A stretch of DNA of 63,418 bases, the filler included, from Octopus bimaculoides (Eukaryota), in assembly GCF_001194135.2 (NCBI RefSeq). It is 4 parts of 4 records of this genome, joined end to end, with 100 filler letters (N's around TTAATTAATTAA, not from the genome) between each part and the next. Parts side by side here need not be neighbours in the genome. Positions count along the whole stretch, not along the records: positions 1 to 22,214 come from NC_068998.1; positions 22,315 to 35,919 come from NC_068995.1; 2 more parts are not named here. One strand, written 5' to 3'. Position numbers and translations under genes: made by a program. The stretch's first letter is position 1; every line of letters starts with the position of its first letter. This document shows positions 11,740-25,707 of this stretch, one piece after another. Under the pieces are notes generated by a model. It had not been told where the DNA came from, did not search any database, and worked only from the letters and a program-made list of their open reading frames with translations.

Positions 11740-13250
11740 GGGACAGTTTTCATAATGGACTTAGCAGTTAGTAGGATCCGTCCTATACGCGACAGTAGGT
11801 TATTTGATATAACTTCACAAATCGGCAATACTCGGACATTGGACGACAGCGTGCAGAATGGTGTCATTTTTCTGCGCGATCTCGTTATGGGTAGGCCCGG
11901 CTGACAGCATTTACATGCGTGTAGTTGTTTATCTCGAACCGGCAATGCCCGCCGGAAGGATAATAATAACAACTGCTATAGAAGGAGGGGTTGTAAGTAT
12001 AACATTTACAGCCATTCAAAGGGTGGTGAGATCGATGTCGTCGACAACTGGAGGAAAACTATGGACGAAAGAGTTGATGAATTCCAGAAAGTTGTCACTC
12101 TGGAGAGGAAGAATTGGGTTTAATGATGAGGTGGGATCTTAAAGTGCTAAAGATCGGGGTTGATATTATATGGGTGTGGAGAGAAGGTAAAACGAATGAG
12201 GAGAATGGGGATGTGTAGGGGACGGCCCGAAAACACTCAGGTGTGAGGTGCAGAGGCCTATGTAATTGAAGTTGAAAAGGTATAACGAGTAAGACAGCAT
12301 ATTCACGCTTCAGAGGTTGAAGTGTGTTGGTGAATAATCCCATGCGAATCAGTCAAGTGAATTTTATATGGAAGCAATGTTGGATGTCCATTTGTACAAC
12401 AGCAGAACAGTTCCAGATGTTAAAGTAGCATTTCAGTTCCAGTCTCACATGAGCTCTGTAGAAAGTTATCAACTGTTAAGACCTGAAGTATTTCCTTGTT
12501 CTAAAGAGGAACGGTTGTCTTCGAGATGGAGTTTTCGCTAAGTTATGAATGAGATATTACAGGAGAGATCACCAGGGATTCCAAAGTTTTGCTTTCCTAG
12601 CGATTCTCAAGGTTATAAATCATATGTTCATGACTGCAGAAGGTAGAGTATCTGTGTATTTCATTGCACTTCTAGCAGTCATAGACATGTCGTTGTTCAA
12701 GGAGAATATCAACAACTTCATTCTCACTAGCCTCAGCGGAGCTGCAAACCCATAAAGTAGACCCTTTCCCTAGAACAACCCATAAAAAGAAAGATACTAT
12801 AATTGATTTGATCATGTGTTCCTTTCCCTTAAACTGTCCGGCCTTGTGCAGTGATCGTGTCTTTGTGTTGTTAAAAGTGACTTAATTGATATGACACAAC
12901 TAGAAAATGTTTAGAGACTTCTATTCATTGAGGCTGTGCATGTTTGGTGTAAGATGTTTAGATTGCATGAAAAGGATGCTTATGTGCGGAGAGTTAGCGA
13001 GGAATGAAGGATTTTGCAGTTATCTGCATCTGAATAACTGTTGTTGGAGGTTATGGCAAGTAAGTTTTTGAAGTATAGAAAGAATGTTGAAATGTAACTG
13101 AAACTTGGGACATACCAGATTTGATAGAGTAAAGGTAATATAGTTAAATTAGTGCACGTTGCATGAGAGCGATCTGTCAGTAAGTTTCTAGTCCATGAGA
13201 CGAATGGAATCCAAATGCAGGTAATTTAATTAGGCGATTTACATGATACG
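11740..13250 (-). mobile_element. Highly decayed CR1/L2-group LINE RT and 3' region
   Basis: Residual motifs on the minus strand: GLLYGF, LNNDMSMTARS, NFGIPGDL, KWTSNI; many stops. Confidence 0.65.
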
Positions 13251-13423
13251 CAGTTTAATAACTTGCTGAAGTCAAGTTAATATTTCTCAAGGGCGAGGGC
13301 TCACTGATGTGTGTAAGAGAAAAGTAGGTCACCGAAAAATCTATCTTTTCGGGAGCCGTATTTGTGAGACACAAGTCAGGAATTCCACATATCAGTGTGA
13401 TCACGTTACCATTGACATATTCT

Positions 13424-13658
13424 TATTTCTTTACTGCCCACAAGGGGCTACACACAGAGGGAGCAAACAAGGACAGACAAAGGGTTTAAATCGACTATAT
13501 CGACCCCAGTGCGTAACTGGTACTTATTTAATCGACCCCGAAAGGATGAAAAGCAAAGTAACTTCGGCGGAATTTGAACTCAGAACGTAACGGCAGACGA
13601 AATACCGCTAAGCATTTCGCTCGGCGTGCTAACGTTTCTGCCAGCTCGCCGCCTTAAT
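13424..13658 (-). mobile_element. Young SINE family M copy with 13-bp TSD
   Basis: ATTGACATATTCT at 13411-13423 and 13659-13671; near-identical to 3603-3833. Confidence 0.95.
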
Positions 13659-13689
13659 ATTGACATATTCTATCCTCTTTGCGAGCAAC

Positions 13690-14310
13690 TTTGTCAAAAT
13701 TATAAACTGTGTTCGGCAGAGTTACAGATATGTCGATGATGCCTTTAACGCCACAACACCTCTGACACGACTAAAATGTTCCCTGTTTGCTGTAGGTTAC
13801 TGAAGGCGAGAACAAAGACAGTCTTATACTTATCATTTAAGCTCGCTGAGCAAACCACCTAAAACAAGAAATTTACCATTTGCACAACCATTCGCCGCAA
13901 AGCGTATTTCAGCTACCATTATCAGTTTTGCGAAACACTCCGCCTTTTCTAACGAAAGATGTGGCAGGCCGTCGAGATAAATACTAAAGTCCACCAGCGT
14001 GTCTAAGATGCCATTTCAATAGCTCGCTAACACTACACAACGGAATGTTTCCAAGTATGTCAAAGAACTCCGACCGCTCTTCCTCAGTCAGAACATAAAC
14101 GATTACTAGTCTGAAGGCATTACCTTGGCTGCTGTTCATACCCCAGTCAGCAACTATCAGAATCAAAGATGATCGTCCCAAGTCGACCCCAGAGAATGCG
14201 CATTTTCATAACCGACTTTCAGTCGTGACATGTTTGAAGGAGAATAAACTGAAGTGTTCCCTTACCCTACATTCAGATATTCTATTTTCCAGGGCTCCCC
14301 AAACATCTCT
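13690..14310 (-). mobile_element. Decayed Tx1/L1-type APE endonuclease fragment
   Basis: IEYLNVG..SRLKV, GNAFRLVIVYVLT..ERSEFF and, after a frameshift, LASY*NGILDTLVD, resembling LNVRG / FRLVAVYAP / GDWNAILD. Confidence 0.7.
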
Positions 14311-14419
14311 TTCAGCATCACAAAGGTTTATTTCAGTTTGCGATACATCACGTCATCTGGGAACTTGAAAGGCGAGTACTTGTAGACTTCTTATGCATCT
14401 TCACAATCAACAGAAAGAC

Positions 14420-14820
14420 AATGGCTACCACAATCACCATTACTAACACCATCGCCACCACCACCACCACCACCATCATCATCTCCTCCTCCTCCTCCTC
14501 CTCCACCACCAACACCACCACTACCACCACCACTGTCCACCACCACTACCCACCACNNNNNNNNNNNNNNNNNNNNNNNNNNNNNNNNNNNNNNNNNNNN
14601 NNNNNNNNNNNNNNNNNNNNNNNNNNNNNNNNNNNNNNNNNNNNNNNNNNNNNNNNNNNNNNNNNNNNNNNTGTAACGACTGACCATTTCGACCACTGAC
14701 ACTGGCCAACAAAAACAACAATTATCATTTTCACCACCAAAAACAACAACAATTGCTGCAATAATAACAACCAATGAACACGACCACCACCACCACCACC
14801 AACAACAACGACAACAACAG
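14420..14820. repeat. (CAC)/(CTC)/(CAA) compound microsatellite spanning an N gap
   Basis: Visible directly. Confidence 0.93.
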
Positions 14821-15023
14821 TTAAGTTGGGTAGCCAAAGTGAAGGTACACCCTCCACTTGCTCTTAACGCTACTATTTCTAATATTGTACTCGTATCACT
14901 GTTTGTTACTACAACTGCTACTGAAAAACATTAATGTCCAGACCACACATTGTGATTCGAAAGCCAAAAAGGATGTCTGCAGAGATACGATAATACGATT
15001 TATGTATACACATGCATACGCAC

Positions 15024-15054
<31 letters not shown>

Positions 15055-15499
15055 TTTATACACGCATATATCTATATTCTTACACATAGAAGCGCGCACA
15101 CACACACGCTCACATATATGCACACATACACCTATGACCATATGATGATTAATTTTTCTTGATAGATGATAGCCATTTCAATTGACATTGCTGCAATAGT
15201 CTCCATTCCGTCCGTGTGCACTGAGAAAGCTCTTAAGCGCAGCAGTTGACCTGCAGGGATTCAAGCATATGTAACAGATAAGATTGAAACTTTCATATCT
15301 TTTCAAACAAGGGTTACTCCGACTGATTTTCCCACATATTACACTGTTGTTGTCACCAATAAAATGGTGACAAATTATTTTAAAATGCATTTTGATTTCA
15401 CGAATTATTGTATGATTTCATGCGGCCTTATGTAACCAGCTTTTGAGAGATGTCGGTCACAAAGATTGCATTTTCAACTTTTCATCTCACTTGGTACAT

Positions 15500-15900
15500 T
15501 CATTTTAACTGTACATTCTGCCCTTTGGATAACTCAAAGCTGGCGATGCCTTCCTTCGTCAGATAGATACTTCCACCCATTTCTACCAGTCCCTTTCTCT
15601 TCCCAGGATTGAACCTCTATTTTCAATTTCACTAAGTTGTCATGAATGCGGTCGTTGTACTGCTCATGTTGTGGCCGTTTTCCAAATTCTAACTGCCCAT
15701 AAAATAACTGCTTGGGCGGTCTCACAGTTTACTTGCCTACATTATAAGTGGACGTATACATTAAGCGTTTCATTTAATTTATTCATATCGTCAACGTCCC
15801 TGCCATATGCAAGTGTTTTATATTTCCTGATGATGCATACATATTTCGTAGTTCTCACAACTAGAAGAGAGCGATGGTGGGTCGTAATATGCATACCATT
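15500..15900 (-). mobile_element. Decayed RTE (BovB-like) LINE 3' coding fragment
   Basis: RPPKQLFYGQLEFGKRPQH...SWEEKGTGRNGWK resembles RLPKQLFYGEL..GKR...WE..A.DR..WR; degenerate HQ/WQ motifs upstream. Confidence 0.75.
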
Positions 15901-16607
15901 GACATACTACATGAAGTGTTGCGTATAGTTTACCTAAATGGCATGTACGTATATTACTGAAGTTTATATAAGAAGTAATTTGTGGACATTAATTTTGGCA
16001 TGAGTGGAAGTCGCATTGTTGTATACACACTGAGTTAAGATGCCTGGTAGATTAATGATAAGTTAGATTTATTTGTATAGCATTAAGTAATTTCTAAACT
16101 AAAGCTGTTTCTTATAAGTATCAGCAAATACACTACCATCAAAAAGCAACTCTTTTAAGCACCATTTAATCTGAAAATATATATATACAACGCTGGAAAT
16201 TAGAGGGAAATTCGCCTCGATTTCGCCCGTCATCTTATTAAGAATATTACCGGTGTTCTTTGTTTCTTATGGCAATTTGGCAGCGCTCGGAAGAGCATCG
16301 GTCGAAATGTCTTGCGATTTTTATTCAGGTTTGTTGTGTTCTGATTTCAAATCACACTGAAGTCAACATTACCTTTCATTCTTCTGTGATTAAGAATTAA
16401 AGAATTAGTTTACGGTGGTGGACTGATGGAATCATTAGATGTCTTAGAATATTTGTTCAGTCTCTTATAATCCAGTAGTGGCCTTTAGTTAGGCTTAACC
16501 TGTCACCAAGTTATAATCCAGTAGTGACTTTTAAACGTAACCTATCACTTTTAACATTCCTATCTGGTTCTTGAGGTACTTTTCGAGCATTTCTCTGTTT
16601 TAGAAAA

Positions 16608-16800
16608 GACGTGTGACCGAGTGAGCTATATTCTGTTGCACTCACGATCACAAGATCGTAGTTTCAATTCCCGGCCCCAGGTGGTGCGTTGTTTTCTTGA
16701 GTAAAACAGTTCATTTCACGTTGCGCTTCAGTTCATTCAGCTCTTAATGAGTAACTCTGCAACAGACAAACGTCCCGATTAGGAGCCATGTTGTGTTGTT
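16608..16800 (+). mobile_element. SINE family C, degenerate
   Basis: tRNA-like head with GTTTCAATTCCC, then CTTGAGTAAAACAGTTCATTTCACGTTGC as in the reverse complement of 58060-58190. Confidence 0.7.
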
Positions 16801-16899
16801 AGTTACTGGAAACCGAGTAACTGGCCCTATGAATCCCAGAACCCGAGACTACATTTTTTTTTCTGTTGCATGTATTCGTGCCAAGTCTTTCCGGTGGAA

Positions 16900-17030
16900 G
16901 ATACTTCCCTCCCTCTCTCCATCCCCTTCTCCTTTCCTCCCTTTCTCCATCTCCCTTCCTTCTCCCCTCCCTCCCTTCCTTCTCCCTTCCCTCCCTTCCT
17001 TCTCCCCTCCCTCCCTTCCTTCTCCCCTCC
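16900..17030. repeat. Polypyrimidine 17-bp repeat (CCTCCCTTCCTTCTCCC)n
   Basis: Visible directly; runs into a gap. Confidence 0.9.
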
Positions 17031-17489
17031 NNNNNNNNNNNNNNNNNNNNNNNNNNNNNNNNNNNNNNNNNNNNNNNNNNNNNNNNNNNNNNNNNNNNNN
17101 NNNNNNNNNNNNNNNNNNNNNNNNNNNNNNNNNNNNNNNNNNNNNNNNNNNNNNNNNNNNNNNNNNNNNNNNNNNNNNNNNNNNNNNNNNNNNNNNNNNN
17201 NNNNNNNNNNNNNNNNNNNNNNNNNNNNNNNNNNNNNNNNNNNNNNNNNNNNNNNNNNNNNNNNNNNNNNNNNNNNNNNNNNNNNNNNNNNNNNNNNNNN
17301 NNNNNNNNNNATATATATATATATATATATATACATATATAGATAGATAGATAGGGCATCAGACTTTCAAGGCTAATCCTAGAGGTAATCTGAGGGTCGA
17401 GGGTTCACGTACCTCTGCAGGCGTATGTTAACTTTAACGGTGGTGCCCTCAGCTTGGCTGCAGCTCTCGAATTAAAACTAATGAAGAAA

Positions 17490-17670
17490 ATAAAACACAC
17501 ATACACGATGAGTTTTTTCAGCTTCCATCTACTAAATTCACTAAGAAGGCTTTGGTCGGTGCAAAGCTATAGTAGAAGACACGTGTCTAAGGTGCCACGC
17601 AGTGCAACTGAAACTCAAACCATGTGGTTGAGAAGTAAACGTCTTACTACATAGCCACGCCAGCGCCTAT
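17490..17670 (-). mobile_element. SINE family A, 5' half
   Basis: Matches the head of 39995-40150. Confidence 0.8.
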
Positions 17671-17841
17671 TGATTATCAATTAAAAAAAACGAAAATATT
17701 AGTCATAATCAACCAGTCGTGTGCTCAAAAGTAAATGCTAAGGCGTTATAACATCCGGGTTATCACGTATGACGCACGACATCCAAAGGCCAAATGAAAT
17801 GTGACGTCAAATAACGCAAGGCAGAAACAAAGTTCGGAATA

Positions 17842-18073
17842 AGGCGGTGAGCTGGCAGAAACGTTAGCACGCCGTGCGAAATGCTTAGCGGTATTTCGTC
17901 TGCCGTTACGTTCTGAGTTCAAATTCCGCCGCGGTTGACTTTGCCTTTCATCCTTTCGGGGTCGATTAAATAAGTACCAGTTACGCACTGGGGTCGATAT
18001 AATCGACTTAATCCGTTTGTCTATTCTTGTTTGTCCCCTCTGTGTGTAGCCCCTTATGGAGAGTAAAGAAATA
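17842..18073 (+). mobile_element. Young SINE family M copy with 21-bp TSD
   Basis: AGAAACAAAGTTCGGAATAAG at 17823-17843 and 18074-18094. Confidence 0.96.
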
Positions 18074-18504
18074 AGAAACAAAGTTCGGAATAAGAAATAA
18101 AATGAGGAAGCAATCTCTGGTTAGAAGCAGAGTAAGGTTTATTTCCGCTNNNNNNNNNNNNNNNNNNNNNNNNNNNNNNNNNNNNNNNNNNNNNNNNNNN
18201 NNNNNNNNNNNNNNNNNNNNNNNNNNNNNNNNNNNNNNNNNNNNNNNNNNNNNNNNNNNNNNNNNNNNNNNNNNNNNNNNNNNNNNNNNNNNNNNNNNNN
18301 NNNNNNNNNNNNNNNNNNNNNNNNNNNNNNNNNNNNNNNNNNNNNNNNNNNNNNNNNNNNNNNNNNNNNNNNNNNNNNNNNNNNNNNNNNNNNNNNNNNN
18401 NNNNNNNNNNNNNNNNNNNNNNNNNNNNNNNNNNNNNNNNNNNNNNNNNNNNNNNNNNNNNNNNNNNNNNNNNNNNNNNNNNNNNTTTTCCTTGTCTTCA
18501 TCAC

Positions 18505-18875
18505 TAGTCTTTTACTTGTTTCGGTTATTTGACTGAAGCCATGCTGGGGCAACGCTTTGAAGGGTTTTAGTCGAACAAATCGGCCCCAGTACTTCGCCTG
18601 ATACTTATATTATCGATATCTTTTGCTGAACAGCTAAGTTACTGGGACACACCAACACCGGTTGTCAAGTAGTGGTGGGGGATAAACACAGAATCGCAAA
18701 GACATATATATACCTTCGACGGGGTTCTTTCAGTTTCCGTCTACCAAATCCACTCACAAAGTTTCGGTTGGCCCACGGTTATAGTAGAAGAGACTTGTCC
18801 AAGGTGCCACGCAGTGGGATTGAACATGGAACCATGTGGTTGGGAAGCAAGCTTCTTACTACACAGTCACGCCTG
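18505..18875 (-). mobile_element. SINE family A, near full length
   Basis: Both halves present around a short internal (TA) tract. Confidence 0.88.
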
Positions 18876-19144
18876 TTTAAGACATAAGAAAGAATCTAAT
18901 TCAGGTAATGTTAGAAATCTGAAACACGAGTCTTTCTCACGTTCCAAATTTGTTTATGTAAAAGATTAAATGCCTGGAGTCCTTGAATGAGAGTTTGTTA
19001 TAATAATATGTAATGTGATAGTTTAACTTGGTTGTCATTTGGGATCTTAGGAAATTGCCTGTATCATTCCATTTTATGTATTTGTTCGATGGCGCATACT
19101 TAAGGTTTCATATCATACTCTATAATCCTGCACATTGTTGAATT

Positions 19145-19289
19145 TGTCTTTCTCTCTCTCTTACTCTCCGTCTCTCTCTCTCTCTCTGTCCCTCTGTTTC
19201 TCTCTCTCTCCCTCTGTTTCTCTCTCTCTCTCCCTCTGTTTCTCTCTCTCTCTCTCCCTCTGTTTCTCTCTCTCTCTCCCGATTGCCTG

Positions 19290-19330
<41 letters not shown>

Positions 19331-19375
19331 TTATCTGTCTATTTATCTATCTATCTAGCTAGCTATCTTTCTATC
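19145..19375. repeat. (CT)n with CCCTCTGTTT interruptions followed by (TATC)n
   Basis: Visible directly. Confidence 0.93.
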
Positions 19376-19681
19376 TATATTCTGTATTTTAATGTTCCCT
19401 TGTTTAGAACCCTCTCTAGTAGTTAACATCTTACCTTGAATTATTATTGCAGCGAAAGATTCTTATAGATTTTCTCATACATACATTTGTCCAACAAAAC
19501 TGGAGTTGGGGGTGGACATCGGAGGACCAATGTTTTTCTTCCTGGCATTAATACTGCCGAATGTTTAGTAGAAGGCATTCGCAGGATACAGGCCTGATAG
19601 CTTTGTAGACGACATATATTGAGAAATTACTGATTCGAGTCCTATGACTCATAAAGCTGGTAAATCGGTTTCCATGGCGTA

Positions 19682-19885
19682 TTAGCGATCGAGATCACAA
19701 TATTCCACCTGAAAGGGATGCCTATTTGTTGCAGGTTTACAGCTGGGTGGATTGGGGCATCGTGAAATGAAGTATTTTACTGAAGAACAATGCATGTCAG
19801 GTCCGGAAATGCCTGTTCCGGGCATCGAAATCACCATCTTGTGATCGTGTGCGCAACACCCTAACCACAAGGCCACGAGCCTTCA
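19682..19885 (-). mobile_element. SINE family C
   Basis: CCCTAACCACAAGGCCACG head; CGTGAAATGAAGTATTTT body shared with 58080. Confidence 0.75.
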
Positions 19886-20129
19886 TGTTGTTGGATATAG
19901 GGATTCAAAATTTTTATTTATTTATTTATTTTTTGTCTCTGGTCAGTAAGTGTTATTTCCTATTTGCTTCTCTCAAGAATTCAAAGGAAATCACTACTAT
20001 TCCCTTCTAACTTTGCTTTTGTGGCCTGGACACCAATGTTTTGAAACTGACCTATTTTCCGTTACATTTCAGACAGATACAGTATTGAGTTGCTAAAGAA
20101 GAAATATCGTTATAGCAAATATTTAGCTC

Positions 20130-20285
20130 AATAGAAGAGATTTGTTTGTCAGTTGTTTGACCTTAACCACTTGAGCATGTCCTTTAGTGGCTGACAATAT
20201 GTGCATCTCTGATCATGAGCAGGAGTAGTGGGAGAGCATCATAGTCATGTGTTGAGGATGATTCTTTGGGGTTTCACTAATTGTA
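20130..20285 (+). mobile_element. Fragment of repeat U
   Basis: Reverse complement of 44430-44580. Confidence 0.8.
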
Positions 20286-20512
20286 ACAAAAACAAAATTT
20301 GAGGGAAATATAAGTCATTTTTCATACTTTGTGAGGATAAGCAAATAGGAAATAGCAATTGCTACCCAAGGACAAAAATCGTGTTATACATTATTAATCC
20401 CAAAACAGACACTATATCAGACACTGAATATTTGCTAGGGACCATGTAAGATATTTGAGAGAATATTTCTTTTACATTATTGAGTTGAACATATTATTAG
20501 TATTATCCTGTT

Positions 20513-20578
<66 letters not shown>

Positions 20579-21456
20579 CATTACATGCAACAGAAGCAGT
20601 ATTATATTAAAATAGTATTCTCACCAGCAACTGCAAGGACCATTTTAGTCTACTTCCGATATATATATTGTGTGCTTAAACACAGCACGCACATACAAGA
20701 TATTATCTCAGGACTATACTGCAGTAAATTTGCCTATCACGATGTATTAACATTAAGTATGATAAGTAAATGTTTATATGGGGAGAGAGAGACTTCAGGT
20801 CTCTCTTTGAACATTATTAGTTTTCTTTACTTCAAATATTTTGCACAAGAGAAGTAACACTGCTCAACTGAATCTCATGATTCAAATCAATTTTCTTGGT
20901 GATGAAGAAGAGAGATCCGAGAACAGTAGTCTCTGGGGTCATCTACCTACAGATTAAATTGCAATTGTCTGATTCTTGTTTCACAAGAAACACTCTTAGT
21001 TTTCCTGAGATGACAAGATTTTTCAGTTTGTTCGTGAAATCCGGCCGTCAACTTTGCCGACATCTTTGATAAGGTTTAGGTAAACAACGGACAAAATTTG
21101 CACTCGGAAACAAAGAACGGAAATCTCGAAAAAGCCAAAGTATTTCTACTAAACAACCTTGTCCAATATGCGAGCTATAATAAGTGTTATTAAGAAGTGA
21201 TTATACTCCATAGATTTAAGAACTCTGGCATGGACTATTCTATTGTGTATGTTAGAATTTGAACAAATCTTGATTACATAATTACCAAAATGATTTTTAT
21301 GTGAAAAACATTGAACAGTTTTTGTAGTCATCAAAACCACGAAAAGATCAAATTAAAAATAAAAAAACTCATCGGAAGCCTTTTCACAATGTTACAATTA
21401 TGATTTTAATATCTACCTCTTTACATAGCATCTATGTATGTATGTATTTATGTATG

Positions 21457-21490
<34 letters not shown>

Positions 21491-21597
21491 TGTATGTATC
21501 TATCTATCTATCTATCTATCTGCATATATGTAAGTATGTATCAATATTATATTATAGCATATTATACAATATATATCTTTCTCTCTCTCTTTCTCTC

Positions 21598-21645
<48 letters not shown>

Positions 21646-21944
21646 NNNNNNNNNNTACATATATACATGTACACTCACGCACTCAAACATTAAAAGAACA
21701 AGATCAAGAGATGGTGTGTATATATATATATATATATATACATACATATGCGTGCATATGTATATGCGTATGACTCTGTGTATGTGTGCGTGCGGGGGAG
21801 TTTATCATCGAGTATCTTGTGCCCTGAGTTGACGTCATTTGAATCTCCAAGAGATGTGGTGTGATACTATACGTACCTTGAATTATATGCTTTTAATTTT
21901 TACTGCATATTCTAGCTTAAGCACCAGCAGTAGCTCCGATATAC

Positions 21945-22214
21945 TCTTTTACTTGTTTCAGTCATTTGACTGCGGCCATGCTGGAGTACCGCCTTTAGTC
22001 GAGCAAATCGACCCCAAGACTTATTCTTTGTAAGCCTACTACTTATTCTATCGGTCTCTTTTGCCGAACCGCTAGGTTACGGGGACGTAAACACACTAAC
22101 ATCGGTTGTCAAGCGATGTTTGGGGTGACAAACACAGACACACAGACATATACACACACATACATATATATATATATATACATATATACATATATACGAC
22201 AGGCTTCTTTCAGT
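21945..22214 (-). mobile_element. SINE family A, 3' half plus internal microsatellite
   Basis: High identity to 40140-40460. Confidence 0.92.
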
Positions 22215-22744
22215 NNNNNNNNNNNNNNNNNNNNNNNNNNNNNNNNNNNNNNNNNNNNTTAATTAATTAANNNNNNNNNNNNNNNNNNNNNNNNNNNNNN
22301 NNNNNNNNNNNNNNAGAAAGGAACACGATAAAATAAACAGAGAGAGAATAAAACAAACTTTAAAGGCTAGCGGTTGCTCATGGCGATATGTGTGTGTGTG
22401 TGTGTGTCCTAAGGTTATCCGTAAGCAATTTTTACGGTCAGAAACATAATACAATAAGTGAAATATAATTATGTACTTGCACACACACACACACACTCAC
22501 ACATTTATATATTTATGTGTATGTATGTTAATTTGTGTATGTACACCTATGTGTACATGTGTGAGAGTAGAGTGTATGTATTTCCTGGTATTTGGACGCG
22601 TTCATACATATATATATATGTATGCATAATACATACATACATACATACATACGTACATGTGCCTGCAGTCGCTTTCAGTGTTACTAGTTCACATGTAATC
22701 CTGTATATACATCATGAGATGGTAATATCTAGATAACATTGTAA

Positions 22745-22850
22745 AGCAGTGAGCTGGCAGAATCGGTAGCACGCCGAGCGAAATGCTTAGCGCCATTTCG
22801 TCCGTCTTTACATACTGAGTTCAAATTCTGTCGAGGTCGACTTTGACTTA
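22745..22850 (+). mobile_element. SINE family M, 5' portion
   Basis: GCAGTGAGCTGGCAGAATCGGTAGCACG...GAGTTCAAATTC. Confidence 0.85.
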
Positions 22851-22892
22851 CCCATGTCCTGGCCTTCGACCGAATTTTGGACCAATATCTAG

Positions 22893-23215
22893 ACCAAGGT
22901 TTCTGAACCATTTTTTTTATCTACGGACCCTTTTGATTACTATTTTATTCTGATGGACCCCATAGCCATTCAGTGTTTAAAAACTAGTTTTATAGAACAT
23001 TATTTATTAATGTTTTTTTATACATTAACTTGTGCAGAGTTGAACTTTGTCAAACGGTAGGGAAAGAAACATAGCTGTTTCTTGTAAGACGTACCAATAC
23101 AAATATCTTAAGCAAATTTTTCAGGAGTCCTTAAAATACTATTGTGGACCCTCCCTCCCACAAATCATATATGGGCCCTCGGAGGCCTTACGGACCCCGA
23201 TTGAGAACCACTGAT
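22893..23215. mobile_element. hAT/Charlie-like MITE
   Basis: Degenerate left end CAAGGTTTCTGAACC and right end TTGAGAACCACTG; internal sequence shared with 47730-48392; no clean TSD. Confidence 0.65.
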
Positions 23216-23904
23216 TCGAGACAATATTATCTCACTGCTGACAACAATAAAGGTTAAAATGTAATATATGTCTGAAGTATGTGTGTATGTTTGTATGTAT
23301 GTACGTTTATGTATATATGTATGTGTGTATGTATGTGTGTGTGGGTATGTATGTATGTGTGTATTCATGCATGTTTAAATGTATGCCTGCATATATGTAT
23401 GTATATATGTACGCGCGTGTGTGTGAGAGAGAAAGAGAGAGAGAGAGAAAAAAGGGAAAGAGAGAGAGAGAGAGAGAGTGAAAGAGTCCCAAACATGTCA
23501 GCCACTGGATACAGAGACTCAAGTTGTAATTCTCGACATACCTTAGCCTATCCTGCTTATCAGCTTTTTGAGATAGTGTGACCTTTGACATCAAACACCA
23601 TGTCACATGAAATACAAATATAACCTTATGCACACAAAGACATACACAGGTTACACATACACAGACGCACTTATAGATACTCACACACACACATTCACAT
23701 ATATATACTTATGAATGTAGGTGTCTAGGTATGTATATATATACATATATATACATGTGTGTGTGTGCTTGTGCATATGCACGTACGCGTGTGTAACGTG
23801 TATTTTTATTACACTCACATATGTTACAGACAAGCTCACACACACACACACACACACGTGTGTGTGAATAGAGAATTATGTGTATTATTCTATTTTTTTA
23901 TTCT

Positions 23905-24110
23905 TTTACTTGTTTTAGTCATTTGACTGTGGCCATGCTGGAGCACCGCCTTTAGTCGGACAAATCGACCGCAGGACTTATTCTTTGTAAGCCTAGTACT
24001 TATTCTATCGTTCTCTTTTGCAGAACCGCTAGGTTACGGCGACATAAACACACCAACATCGGTTGACAAGGGACAGTGGGGGGACAAGCACAGACACACA
24101 AACATATACA
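23905..24110 (-). mobile_element. SINE family A, 3' half
   Basis: Matches 21945-22140. Confidence 0.9.
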
Positions 24111-24625
24111 TACATATATATATCTATATCTATATCTATCTATCTATCTATATATATATATNNNNNNNNNNNNNNNNNNNNNNNNNNNNNNNNNNNNNNN
24201 NNNNNNNNNNNNNNNNNNNNNNNNNNNNNNNNNNNNNNNNNNNNNNNNNNNNNNNNNNNNNNNNNNNNNNNNNNNNNNNNNNNNNNNNNNNNNNNNNNNN
24301 NNNNNNNNNNNNNNNNNNNNNNNNNNNNNNNNNNNNNNNNNNNNNNNNNNNNNNNNNNNNNNNNNNNNNNNNNNNNNNNNNNNNNNNNNNNNNNNNNNNN
24401 NNNNNNNNNNNNNNNNNNNNNNNNNNNNNNNNNNNNNNNNNNNNNNNNNNNNNNNNNNNNNNNNNNNNNNNNNNNNNNNNNNNNNNNNNNNNNNNNNNNN
24501 NNNNNNNNNNNNNNNNNNNNNNNNNNNNNNNNNNNNNNNNNNNNNNNNNNNNNNNNNNNNNNNNNNNNNNNNNNNNNNNNNNNNNNNNNNNNNNNNNNNN
24601 NNNNNNNNNNNNNNNNNNNNNNNNN

Positions 24626-24672
<47 letters not shown>

Positions 24673-25065
24673 AGTTGTATGTATTTATGTATACATCAAC
24701 TCGTATGACACCAAAACTGGTTAGGTATGTTAACATAGAGCTCACAGTGGAATAAACAATATTGAATACATCAAGTGTTGGTAAGATACCGTAGATATGC
24801 AAGTATCAAATCCATTTTAAACCACAGATCCGGTTCAGAGCTGTGCCGATGTTTAAAATCTTACCTGTTTAAAAACTTATCTGACGGTGGTGGTTTGTAT
24901 GCTATGATGTAATCTATTATGACTGCATTGAATAAAATTCTAACGAAACAGCTGTCGTAAATCTTAAATGCCAGTGTTCCGGCTTTAATAAAAACCATGT
25001 TACTCTGCCTTCGGTAGTCAAGTAGTAGTTTCCCCCAGCTTGTACTGCATTTATGTGATTGTGTT

Positions 25066-25098
<33 letters not shown>

Positions 25099-25425
25099 GT
25101 GTNNNNNNNNNNNNNNNNNNNNNNNNNNNNNNNNNNNNNNNNNNNNNNNNNNNNNNNNNNNNNNNNNNNNNNNNNNNNNNNNNNNNNNNNNNNNNNNNNN
25201 NNNNNNNNNNNNNNNNNNNNNNNNNNNNNNNNNNNNNNNNNNNNNNNNNNNNNNNNNNNNNNNNNNNNNNNNNNNNNNNNNNNNNNNNNNNNNNNNNNNN
25301 NNNNNNNNNNNNNNNNNNNNNNNNNNNNNNNNNNNNNNNNNNNNNNNNNNNNATATATATTCTTCACAGTGACCGATGATTCATGGAGGTCTACCACATG
25401 AACAAGTGGACTCCCTAGAATATAC

Positions 25426-25463
<38 letters not shown>

Positions 25464-25489
25464 ATGTATATATAGTGTTTTTTATTAAT

Positions 25490-25650
25490 TGTTACTCTTT
25501 GACTTGTTTCATCATTTGCTGTTTTCAGTTTGGTGTTTATTCATCAGTCACGTTTTGCCAATATCAAACTGCTAAGTTACGGCGACATAAACAAACCAAC
25601 ACCAGTTGTGAAAGTTGTAAGCGTACAAAAGCACAAACCCACACACGCAA
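25490..25650 (-). mobile_element. SINE family A, degenerate 3' half
   Basis: CTGCTAAGTTACGGCGACATAAACAAACCAACACCAGTTGT motif. Confidence 0.7.
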
Positions 25651-25651
25651 A

Positions 25652-25707
<56 letters not shown>

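Noticed and set aside
14215-14275. DMFEGE*TEVFPYP, reminiscent of the acyl-CoA dehydrogenase N-terminus
   Set aside because: It has an in-frame stop and is the antisense of the Tx1 endonuclease remnant.
14348-14533. Apparent transmembrane ORF VVAMVLVMVIVVAIVFLLIVKMHKK
   Set aside because: The hydrophobic stretch comes from the (CAC)n microsatellite.
22259-22270. TTAATTAATTAA island between N runs (also 35964-35975 and 61595-61606)
   Set aside because: Each is exactly 44 N + 12 nt + 44 N = 100 nt and encodes stops in all six frames; it is an artificial assembly linker.
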